A stretch of 37,263 nucleotides of DNA from a virus (Duplodnaviria > Caudoviricetes), in IMG/VR virus record IMGVR_UViG_3300037423_001354, positions 1-37,263 of that record; one strand, given 5' to 3'. This document shows positions 19,909-27,833 of this stretch, piece after piece. Numbering within the stretch: position 1 is the stretch's first letter; the number at the start of each line of letters is the position of its first letter. Below the pieces are notes generated by a model. That model saw only the letters and a program-made list of their open reading frames with translations. It searched no databases and was not told where the DNA came from. A program made the position numbers and the translations under genes.

Positions 19909-20301
19909 TCAGAACTCGGTCTCCATCCGGACATGATTTGGCCTAGCGGAAATAATCACATCGCACTTATGATCATCGGTCACGTTTGGGCTGTAAAACG
20001 CCACACGATCCGTCTCTGTAAAGTGCATAGCAATCTTTGGAATCGTCCTAATTTCGATCAGTACACTTGCATCCATATCTTGTGGCAGATCGCATTTGAA
20101 ACGCACGTCAGGCCACAAGCTCGTCAGATGATAGAATGCCTTCACCGCGAATAGGGCAGGAGGCATGGACAGGAGGAACTTTTTCATGGATGGCGGCTTA
20201 TCCGTGACGTTGATCCGATCACGTATGATGTGGTCCATGTCGATGAATTGTTCGTAATCATACTTGCTTGAAAATTCGATATCTCTGTAGACAAATCCCA
20301 T
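19909..20301 (-). CDS. Hypothetical protein
   Basis: TAATG coupling to the upstream gene. Confidence 0.6.
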   Translation of the reverse strand: MGFVYRDIEFSSKYDYEQFIDMDHIIRDRINVTDKPPSMKKFLLSMPPALFAVKAFYHLTSLWPDVRFKCDLPQDMDASVLIEIRTIPKIAMHFTETDRVAFYSPNVTDDHKCDVIISARPNHVRMETEF

Positions 20302-21191
20302 TATGCGTCACTCCCATTCAGAAGCTCGGCAACCTCGTCATCAGTCAGATCGGTAGCGGTAGCCGGTAAACTCGCGATCACCGCTGGGCGAGGCTCTGGA
20401 GCCTTGGCAACCAGTTGATATTGGCCGTGGCGAACCTTAGCGATAAGGCCATCCTTTTCGAGTTGAGCCAGAGCCTTAACGATGGAGCTAAGTGAGACAC
20501 CATCGAATTTTTCAACCAGTTCCGCACGAACCAGCTTTTCGGTTGGACGTGCTCTAAAATATGTCAGCACGTCATTTCTAATAGACATTTTCAAATTCCT
20601 TTCTTTAATGCTGAAAACGGAGTAAGATGTTTTATTGCGGTTAGCGACCTTTTTAAGTTTGCATTCGCCATAGAGCTTGATGCCAACAAGCTCACTCGGA
20701 TCACCGCTAAAATCTGGTTTTTGCAGAATGGCTATCGCTTTCAGTTTAGCCTTCACGCTATCATTGATGTTGCGTTCCTTATTTTTCAGCTTCGTATCAT
20801 CGAGGTTGATAAAAAGACGGGCAGGGTTGTAAGTCGCAGTTACAGGTTTGCCGTTTTTATCCGCAATAGGTTGAAGCCAAACCCAAAGCTGCGGTGACTT
20901 CCTTTTATCCTCGCTATCACGTCGTCGCTCAACCTTGGTGATGACGCATTCAAAAAAGCCACGTGGATCATTCGTGATCGCAGGAACGCTAACCGCGCCT
21001 CTTGCCTTCGCCAAGGCATTCACTGCCTGTTTCAGATAATGGGCGGTCCCATCGGGCAGCTTTACAGGTCTGTGTAATTTTCCGGAGTTCACGAGCTTAT
21101 TAAGCTGGCGTCGCTCCATACCGCCAAGGATATCCAAAGTCTGCGCAGTGGAGTAAAATTTAGCAGCGGTATAAATATAGTTGTCAGCCAT
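20301..21191 (-). CDS. Multidomain DNA-binding protein: AlpA/Xis-like HTH, possible OB/SSB-like middle domain, C-terminal winged helix
   Basis: FYSTAQTLDILG...LNKLVNSGKLHRPVKL (AlpA-like); SIVKALAQLEKDGLIAKVRHGQYQL (wHTH); start ATG 21191 or GTG 21260. Confidence 0.6.
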   Translation of the reverse strand: MADNYIYTAAKFYSTAQTLDILGGMERRQLNKLVNSGKLHRPVKLPDGTAHYLKQAVNALAKARGAVSVPAITNDPRGFFECVITKVERRRDSEDKRKSPQLWVWLQPIADKNGKPVTATYNPARLFINLDDTKLKNKERNINDSVKAKLKAIAILQKPDFSGDPSELVGIKLYGECKLKKVANRNKTSYSVFSIKERNLKMSIRNDVLTYFRARPTEKLVRAELVEKFDGVSLSSIVKALAQLEKDGLIAKVRHGQYQLVAKAPEPRPAVIASLPATATDLTDDEVAELLNGSDA

Positions 21192-21284
21192 TAATATGGT
21201 TCTTTCTTTTTCGTTATGGGCAATTTCAATTTCATACCGACCCCACTGGTTAGCCGCCACGTGGGGTCACTTTCATTTCAGACA

Positions 21285-21292
21285 TATTTATA
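21285..21292 (-). promoter_or_regulatory. Exact T4 late promoter consensus TATAAATA heading the leftward HTH operon
   Basis: Plus strand TATTTATA, intergenic, sense to 20301..21191. Confidence 0.55.
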
Positions 21293-21296
21293 CTCG

Positions 21297-21553
21297 AAAA
21301 GAGTAAGAACGCAGTCGAATGTAGAAGATTTCTTAGAAAGAGTAAAGGATGATAGGCCCTGATAGGCCCCACGCAATCTAAAAGAGTAAAAAACTCATTG
21401 CGTTAACGCGTTGATATAACACGCGAATTAGCCCGATGATAGGCCCTGATAGGCCCTGATAGGCCCTTGCAAACGAATAGAGTAAAGAAATCGAACGCTG
21501 AAAACAGTGTTAAATCAGCGTGTTAAGCACTATGATAGGCCCAAAGAGTAAAG
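21297..21553. repeat. Iteron-like cluster: 6x TGATAGGCCC and 5x AGAGTAA; candidate replication origin
   Basis: TGATAGGCCC at 21350, 21360, 21437, 21447, 21457 and 21533; located where transcription diverges. Confidence 0.75.
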
Positions 21554-22151
21554 AAATGAGTGAAAACCACACCGCATATATGTACTACGTACAATATGGC
21601 ACTGGTCGATACGTTGTATCGGACAACCACCACTCGCCAAAAGCTCGTTTCGCTTACGCTCCACGATCTGGCTCGTCATATTAAAAAGACTCCTCCTCAA
21701 GCTCGCTTCACTCGCCCTGCGTCGCTTGCGCGCCACAGGCTTCTAGTTGGATTCTGAATTTCAAGAGAGTCCAATTTTGAGTCAACCAGTCCTGTAAACG
21801 GGATTCCCTATCTGTCTTCAGCATCATGACCAACGGGAACCCAGAGTTGACCTGGCTGTCATCACTCACCTGTTAACGGTCCTCCTGCCTACAGCATCAT
21901 CCTGTCTGTCTTCATCATCCAATCCCGAATGGGGGTGAACCTCCGGCATATGTTCCGCGCGTCCGTCCCGCCGCATCTGCTGAAACTGGATTTCAGATTT
22001 TACCCACTATTACAGGTATGAAAACGACCCGATCGAGCTTCGAAAACCACTAGCTGTAGTGGGTAATTTCAAGCCCGTACTAATCCCGTCAAAAATGAGC
22101 AATTTCGTCAATTTCAGCAAAACCATGCCTGCCAACGTGATTTCCACGGTC

Positions 22152-22180
22152 AGCTAAATAGCTGCGTGAATGAAACGTAT
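22152..22180 (+). repeat. 29-bp promoter-cassette repeat, copy 1 (AGCTAAATAGCTGCGTGAATGAAACGTAT)
   Basis: Identical to 22620-22648 and 24013-24041; contains CTAAATA; followed by an SD. Confidence 0.9.
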
Positions 22181-22197
22181 AACAAAAAGGAAACCAT

Positions 22198-22461
22198 ATG
22201 AGACAAGACCAAAAAATTGAAGCAGCCACAGACCTTTTAAACAAGATAGCTGAAGTGAATGACGATAAACTAAAAGCAGCCATCGACATGTTCCCAGCGC
22301 CAACCAATGAAACCCTAACGGGGCAACAATCGGATGTCTCAATTGCTGATATTCACGCCAATATGAAGAAGTTGGCAGAGCAGGCAAAAAGTGACCCAGA
22401 GGCGACACCAGAAGTCCTTGCCGCTATCGACGTGATTATGAAGAAACACAACCTGTCATAA
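22198..22461 (+). CDS. Hypothetical cassette protein
   Basis: SD AAGGA after repeat copy 1. Confidence 0.7.
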   Translation: MRQDQKIEAATDLLNKIAEVNDDKLKAAIDMFPAPTNETLTGQQSDVSIADIHANMKKLAEQAKSDPEATPEVLAAIDVIMKKHNLS

Positions 22462-22475
22462 TCCAGCCAACCATC

Positions 22476-22504
22476 TGCCACCTAGCCTAAACCACTAGGT
22501 GGCA
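22476..22504 (+). terminator. Stem-loop after the cassette gene
   Basis: TGCCACCTAG/CTAGGTGGCA perfect 10-bp stem; weak U-tail. Confidence 0.5.
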
Positions 22505-22619
22505 TTCACTCCCCACTCGCCCTGCCAAGCTCACTGGCAAGCGATCTCCATTCGCCGGTCCACTACCCCATTCGCTGCCCAATCCCTCCTGAAATCCCGA
22601 ATAGGCGCCATTCATCGTG

Positions 22620-22648
22620 AGCTAAATAGCTGCGTGAATGAAACGTAT
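22620..22648 (+). repeat. 29-bp promoter-cassette repeat, copy 2
   Basis: Identical to copy 1. Confidence 0.9.
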
Positions 22649-22664
22649 AACAAGGAGACAACCA

Positions 22665-22868
22665 ATGACTGAACACGACAAGGCAATTTTGGAAGGCATC
22701 AAGGCTGAACAAGAGGCAATCATCGATGAGGGTAAAAGACAATTCATCGCAAACCTGAGCCCTGATGAGAAGGCTACGTTCGACAAGGTTCCTGATGCAT
22801 TCAAAGATGCCTATATCGAAGGAGCTATGAAGGCACAAAGGCTCTATGATAGGAGCAAAAAGAAATAA
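22665..22868 (+). CDS. Hypothetical cassette protein
   Basis: SD AAGGAG; ATG 22665. Confidence 0.7.
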   Translation: MTEHDKAILEGIKAEQEAIIDEGKRQFIANLSPDEKATFDKVPDAFKDAYIEGAMKAQRLYDRSKKK

Positions 22869-22879
22869 GGAACGCAACG

Positions 22880-23140
22880 ATGGCAAAACATACACTAGTT
22901 GAATACGCATACACGCTACAGGGTGTTGAAGCAGATTACAATTTCGGTCGCGGTCACACAATCAAGTCACTTACTCGTAAACTGAACAAGGCTCTGAAAA
23001 CTTCACACGATGAAGGCAAACAGGTGACAGATATCGTTATATCCGAAATGACATATATCCCACTCTCAACAGGTAGGGGATACAAGGAACATGAATATGC
23101 TAAAAGCATCGGTCCATGGTCAATCGCTGATGGTCCGTAA
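22880..23140 (+). CDS. Hypothetical protein
   Basis: SD AAGGA. Confidence 0.65.
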   Translation: MAKHTLVEYAYTLQGVEADYNFGRGHTIKSLTRKLNKALKTSHDEGKQVTDIVISEMTYIPLSTGRGYKEHEYAKSIGPWSIADGP

Positions 23141-23188
23141 GCTTCGACAGTTTCGAACAAATCAACAAACCAGAAGGGAACGCAACAA

Positions 23189-23491
23189 ATGAATGACGAT
23201 TTCAACGCAACGATTGTTAGGCTTATGAAGGAAGACCCATCAGGCAAATTAATGCTGGATTTCCTATATCATGCGAACGAAGCGTCCTATAATCTAAACG
23301 AAACCAACTCAGCACATCTTATATCTCAACGCGTAAAAATATATGAGGAAGCACACGCTGATATGGAAGGCGATCCCGCAAATGACCAGTTGACCCCAGT
23401 CGCTACCATCGGAGATGGAACTGAATTCATGCTTGATCCTACAACCAATCGCTGGGAATGCTCTAGCCCTCGCTTCCCATATCGCTTCTAA
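23189..23491 (+). CDS. Hypothetical protein
   Basis: SD AAGGGA; shares GGAACGCAAC leader with the 22880 gene. Confidence 0.65.
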   Translation: MNDDFNATIVRLMKEDPSGKLMLDFLYHANEASYNLNETNSAHLISQRVKIYEEAHADMEGDPANDQLTPVATIGDGTEFMLDPTTNRWECSSPRFPYRF

Positions 23492-23907
23492 TCCCCAAGG
23501 TGACGCAAGCTTGAAATGAGGTGTCAGGTCGCGTCAGGTCGCGTCAATCAGCAGGTGTAGTACGAAAAGTACGACAAAAATAGCGATCTAAATTTCTGTC
23601 AACCAGTGAATTGGAATGCATTTCAGGTTCGCGGCTTTTCGATGAGTTGAAGTGATCTGATTTTACACGCCCATCCCTAAAAAGTCCCTGCCATATAGCT
23701 CAGTTGATTGCTCGTCGTAAAACATCCGTCCACTTTCATGGTCAAGTATTACGGACGACTATATAATGTCAGTCATATGGTTTGGGAAAGGTCCATATGA
23801 TTAGGGGATGTATACCAACGCCATGTGGTTTCCTCATCCCCGAACACCTCCTGTTGGTTTATATTTGTTCATACGCTTTCCGAATTGCACCTCGTTGAAC
23901 CACCTCA

Positions 23908-23945
23908 GCCAGCTAGCGACTTAACTCCCGTTAGCTGGCATTTTT
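23908..23945 (+). terminator. Intrinsic terminator
   Basis: GCCAGCTAGCG/CGTTAGCTGGC stem followed by ATTTTT. Confidence 0.7.
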
Positions 23946-24012
23946 ACATCTGAACTCTGACCACTGGCTGAAAAGGATTCGGTCACGAGTCATGCAGCTA
24001 AGAGTAGCTGAT

Positions 24013-24041
24013 AGCTAAATAGCTGCGTGAATGAAACGTAT
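24013..24041 (+). repeat. 29-bp promoter-cassette repeat, copy 3
   Basis: Identical to copy 1. Confidence 0.9.
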
Positions 24042-24057
24042 TAAAGGAGATAACCAT

Positions 24058-24348
24058 ATGAGAGAAGTAGGAATTGGATTGCCAGCGAGAGTTGAATTCA
24101 AAGCAATCGAACATGATAAAATTGAAGTATCATACGTGACTGACAATTCACCGGGAGAAAATGCATCCAAAGCATACCTCGAAAAGGTCGCATCAGGGGA
24201 AATCATTCTTTTTCCAAAGACTGTAGTCGGTATATTCGAGACGCAAGAAGACGCAGCAATCGCGCTCGGTCAGCACATCACCGCGATAGCGAAGGACGTT
24301 TTAACCCACGTCAAGTTCGGTCAGCCCGGTCCGGTAGAGGACCGTTAA
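24058..24348 (+). CDS. Hypothetical cassette protein
   Basis: SD AAGGAG; ATG 24058. Confidence 0.7.
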   Translation: MREVGIGLPARVEFKAIEHDKIEVSYVTDNSPGENASKAYLEKVASGEIILFPKTVVGIFETQEDAAIALGQHITAIAKDVLTHVKFGQPGPVEDR

Positions 24349-24466
24349 AGCTACCGTAACGCTTGATCGTTGGTTTCACCTGACAATTTTTAAAACGCCA
24401 CTAAAACGCACCCGATTTCGGCCCTATGGAGGCTGTCAACGCGTGACAATAAGAGAGCTACCCATA

Positions 24467-24640
24467 ATGACCCCAACCAAAGACGAAGTTCGTGAAGCCC
24501 TTCTCAAGCTAATCGCTATAGCCGAAGGTAACGAGACTGCAACTGAGAATGAACTCAATCGACTCGAACAAATTATAGACGAGGTGTCATTAGATGACGA
24601 TCCAGTGGCGAGAGATATTAAACGGAAGTACAATGACTGA
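24467..24640 (+). CDS. Small hypothetical protein
   Basis: ATG 24467; stop overlaps the next start (ATGACTGA). Confidence 0.55.
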   Translation: MTPTKDEVREALLKLIAIAEGNETATENELNRLEQIIDEVSLDDDPVARDIKRKYND

Positions 24641-25133
24641 TCGAGACACATACCTGAACACATATGATTATAACGAGGCAACTGGTGAGTTGACTTGGAA
24701 GCGACCATACTCAGGCAAAACTAAAGGCAAAGTTGGCGATATAGCAGGAACTTACAGTAAGGCTAACAATCGTTGGTATGTATGGAACCTGAATGGTAAA
24801 CAAGTGCCAAGAGCGAGAGTTATATGGACAATGAAGACCGGAGTTGATCCAGTTGGTAGCTCTATCATCCATAAGAATGGTGACTCATCAGATGACAGAT
24901 GGGATAACCTTGAACAATTAATGCATATCAGTGATAAACCAAAGCGATACCTAGGTGTACAGAAGTGGCGGAACTCTAACATATGGTTCGCTCGTGTCAA
25001 AGTGAATGACAAATGGAAGCGAATTGGTACATACTCAACTGATATTGAAGCAGCTAAAGCTTACAATGATGAAGCCATTAAACTGTATGGTGATGAAGCC
25101 AAGTTGAACACCTTTGACATGGCTGACAGCTAA
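24633..25133 (+). CDS. HNH-AP2 family protein with degenerate HNH site
   Basis: YDYNEATGELTWK; IIHKNGDSSDDRWDNL; AP2 domain YLGV...W.AR...IGTY...EAAKAYN..A..LYG. Confidence 0.8.
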   Translation: MTDRDTYLNTYDYNEATGELTWKRPYSGKTKGKVGDIAGTYSKANNRWYVWNLNGKQVPRARVIWTMKTGVDPVGSSIIHKNGDSSDDRWDNLEQLMHISDKPKRYLGVQKWRNSNIWFARVKVNDKWKRIGTYSTDIEAAKAYNDEAIKLYGDEAKLNTFDMADS

Positions 25134-25254
25134 TAGGGCTGTTGAAGGGGAGGGGGTAGGGACCGGTTTTGTCCACACTTTACCACTGAATGTTCAGACA
25201 GGAAGTTGTCACTACTAAAAACCATTCTAACGATTTTAGACGAGCTAAGACGAT

Positions 25255-25569
25255 ATGAACCGAAAAAACCTAATCGACCGAATCGCCAAACGGAATCCAC
25301 ATCTTTACCGAAGCGAAATTGAATTCATAGCTGATGAGGTTTTTAACGTCATATACGATGCGATGTTGAGTGGGGAAACCATGCAACTGCGTCATTTCGG
25401 GTCATTCAGAGTGAAACATCGACCTGAGAAGATAGGACGTAACGTATATGCGAATGTGCCTGTCTACATACCACCACGTAAGGTCATTCACTTTAAAGCG
25501 TCACCGGTTCTCTTGAAGCATATGAATGGTACATATGATTACGTATCAAGAGCGAAGGATAAGACCTAA
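25255..25569 (+). CDS. IHF-beta/HU-like DNA-bending protein
   Basis: RNPHLY, LRHFGSFRVK.R..K.GRN, HFKAS..L; resembles rhizobial IhfB. Confidence 0.85.
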   Translation: MNRKNLIDRIAKRNPHLYRSEIEFIADEVFNVIYDAMLSGETMQLRHFGSFRVKHRPEKIGRNVYANVPVYIPPRKVIHFKASPVLLKHMNGTYDYVSRAKDKT

Positions 25570-25787
25570 TGGCGACCTATTCATTTGCCAAAAATTGGGG
25601 TGAGGTTGACCGTATCGACTTGGGCATTTTGAAGGATACGAAAGCCATGTACAGCATGTTAGCTGGCATGGTCACGGAATATCACTATGAGCGTGGAGTG
25701 GTTATGGAATACACGATTCCCGGCGCTCCGAATGATGCACCATTAATTGTATTAACTAGTAAGGAAATAGACGACTATGGCAGGTAA
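25569..25787 (+). CDS. Hypothetical protein
   Basis: TAATG coupling. Confidence 0.55.
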   Translation: MATYSFAKNWGEVDRIDLGILKDTKAMYSMLAGMVTEYHYERGVVMEYTIPGAPNDAPLIVLTSKEIDDYGR

Positions 25788-26142
25788 GAAACGAGGATAC
25801 CCAACTGGGGTTCCACGTGGACCGATGAGTTTGGATCATCGAGAAAAGATTAAGAACTCTCGCGTTCTCACGGATTTGCTAGATATTGCATCAGGTAAAA
25901 TTCAGGCGTCACCAACTCGGTTGGCTGCTATCAAGATTGCCTTGGATAAGGTCTATGGTAATGCGCCAATCCAGATTGAACAGCAAGTTGAAGGTGTGGT
26001 GAACTTCATTGTTGATACGGGTGTACCGAGATCACCTATCATCGATGCACAGGTGCTTGATACAGTTAAAGCGATTGATACCGCAGCCGACTCGATTGAG
26101 GTTGATAACCTGTTGAACGAATTAAAAGAGGAAGACGAATAA
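25777..26142 (+). CDS. terS: Putative terminase small subunit
   Basis: REKIK...L.D.ASG..ASPTRLAAIKIALDKVYG helical pattern; upstream of TerL. Confidence 0.6.
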   Translation: MAGKKRGYPTGVPRGPMSLDHREKIKNSRVLTDLLDIASGKIQASPTRLAAIKIALDKVYGNAPIQIEQQVEGVVNFIVDTGVPRSPIIDAQVLDTVKAIDTAADSIEVDNLLNELKEEDE

Positions 26143-26441
26143 TGATTGAGAATTTTCAGAAATATGATGAAGCATGGACACCAGCGGTGAATATGGACGC
26201 GTTGATTGAAGAATCGAAGCGAGTCATTTTGAACGAATACGAAGGCGCAGGCGATACTGATTTCGCCATTCAGGATATCACTGACATGATAAAGTTGACC
26301 ATCATGGAAAAGACCGATCAGCAAATGATTGAGCTTTATCTACAGATGAAAGACTTTTTGATGGCTATGGATGAAGCAGGGAAACGAGTCATTGACCAAC
26401 TCGAACCTAAGCCTGTCGATAAGATAACCGTAAAATTCTAA
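26142..26441 (+). CDS. Hypothetical acidic protein
   Basis: SD GAGG; TAATG coupling. Confidence 0.6.
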   Translation: MIENFQKYDEAWTPAVNMDALIEESKRVILNEYEGAGDTDFAIQDITDMIKLTIMEKTDQQMIELYLQMKDFLMAMDEAGKRVIDQLEPKPVDKITVKF

Positions 26442-26506
26442 CCATCCATCGTGTGGCGAAAGCCAAATCCTTTGCAATGAAAATGGAGAACCGAATGAGA
26501 CCATAA

Positions 26507-27784
26507 TTGGACGCACGCATTTCCACTGGATATCGATCTAGACCACAGTTTATTCCTTTTCATACACGGACACAGCGTTGGGCATGTATCGTCGCCCATC
26601 GTAGAGCAGGGAAGACCGTAGCCTGTGTGGCTGAGCTGGTCGACCATGCCATTCGCTCCACCAAAAAGAATCCCCGTTTCGCCTACATTGCTCCGACTTA
26701 CACCCAAGCCAAAGACATCGCTTGGATGTACCTCAAGGAGCAGACAGCGACCATTCCTGGCGTCGCCGTCAAGGAAGCCGAGCTTTCCGTCACCCTTCCC
26801 GGGAACAACGCTGTAATCCGCCTGTATGGCGCGGAAAACTATGATCGCCTTAGAGGTATCTACCTTGATGGCTGTATCATTGATGAAGCTGGTGACATCG
26901 ATGAACGAGCTTGGGACCAGGTCATCAGAATCACCTTGGCCGACCGTGGCGGTTGGGCTGTTTTCATCGGTACTCCGAAGGGTGAAAACTGGTTCTACGA
27001 GAAGTTCGATTATGCCCTAAAGCACCCATCCGAGTGGTTCAGCCTGATTTTGAAGGCGAGCCAAACCGGCATCGTTCCCCAATCCGAAATCGATGACTTC
27101 AAGCGTCAGAACACTCGTGAAGCCTACATGGCTGAATTCGAGTGCTCATTCACTGCTGGTATCAAGGGAGCCTATTACGCGAACGATATGGAAGCCCTCG
27201 AGGAAAAGGGCCAAATCCGTTCCGTTCCATGGGATCGTGCCGCAGACGTCTTTGCGTCGATGGATCTTGGTATGAACGACGCGACCGCCATTTGGGTTGG
27301 TCAGGTCGTGGGCGCCGAATACCGCTTCATAGATCACTACCAGATGTCCGGTGAAGACCTGGGCCATTACGTGGATTGGCTCAAGAGCCGTGACTATCCG
27401 ATTCACGAACTCATCCTTCCCCATGACGCTGAAGTTCGTGAGCTTCAAACAGGTAACTCAAGAGCGCAGTTCCTCCGTGACCGCGGATTTAAGGTCAAGG
27501 TTCTCCCTCGAACCAATGACCGTATGGGCGACATCGAAGTTGTCCGAACGAAATTCAACCGCTTCTGGTTCGATAAGGTGAAATGCGAACATGGCATCAA
27601 GTGCCTGAAAAACTACAAATCAGAATACGACGTTAAGAACAATATCCAGAAGAGAACACCGCTCCATGACTGGACATCTAACAGCGCTGACAGCTTCCGC
27701 TACTTCATTCTTGGTGCCGAAAGCATGTCACCCAAATGGGTTCCTGTACCCAAGAGTCGCAGAATCATACAGGGATTAGTGTAA
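26507..27784 (+). CDS. terL: Terminase large subunit
   Basis: Walker A HRRAGKT, Walker B CIIDEA, GTPKG, nuclease MDLG..DAT, PHDA, ADSFRY. Confidence 0.95.
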   Translation: MDARISTGYRSRPQFIPFHTRTQRWACIVAHRRAGKTVACVAELVDHAIRSTKKNPRFAYIAPTYTQAKDIAWMYLKEQTATIPGVAVKEAELSVTLPGNNAVIRLYGAENYDRLRGIYLDGCIIDEAGDIDERAWDQVIRITLADRGGWAVFIGTPKGENWFYEKFDYALKHPSEWFSLILKASQTGIVPQSEIDDFKRQNTREAYMAEFECSFTAGIKGAYYANDMEALEEKGQIRSVPWDRAADVFASMDLGMNDATAIWVGQVVGAEYRFIDHYQMSGEDLGHYVDWLKSRDYPIHELILPHDAEVRELQTGNSRAQFLRDRGFKVKVLPRTNDRMGDIEVVRTKFNRFWFDKVKCEHGIKCLKNYKSEYDVKNNIQKRTPLHDWTSNSADSFRYFILGAESMSPKWVPVPKSRRIIQGLV

Positions 27785-27794
27785 AAGCGGACGA

Positions 27795-27833
27795 CTAAAT
27801 CAGGTTGTCAGCTATTAGGAGGCAACCTTGATT
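27795..27833 (+). promoter_or_regulatory. CTAAATC promoter variant overlapping an RBS/start-occluding hairpin
   Basis: Arms 27798-27809 and 27821-27833 cover part of AGGAGG and TTG 27828. Confidence 0.6.

Noticed and set aside
17683-20301. A hidden gp55-like sigma factor or CI repressor among the leftward ORFs
   Set aside because: I could not recognise sigma region 2, gp55 or Cro/CI-S24 patterns by eye. A profile search is still needed.
19909-20301. PD-(D/E)XK nuclease (YRDIEFSSK start)
   Set aside because: Only the N-terminal pattern is similar; there is no convincing catalytic motif.
21350-21542. TGATAGGCCC cluster as a mini-CRISPR
   Set aside because: The units are 10 bp, directly tandem and lack regular spacers.
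21530-21757. Short ORFs next to the iterons
   Set aside because: Weak SD and no motifs; coding status is unsupported.
22638-22664. MKRI.. starts inside the 29-bp repeat (22638, 24031)
   Set aside because: The same ATG is out of frame in copy 1, and strong SDs point to 22665 and 24058. Leaderless use cannot be fully excluded.
23689-23706. tRNA-like TGCCATATAGCTCAGTTG
   Set aside because: It resembles a tRNA 5' end, but no closing D-stem GAGC, anticodon arm or TTCGA arm follows.
22152-24041. 29-bp repeats as a CRISPR array
   Set aside because: Spacing is 468 and 1393 bp with genes in between, and there are no cas genes.
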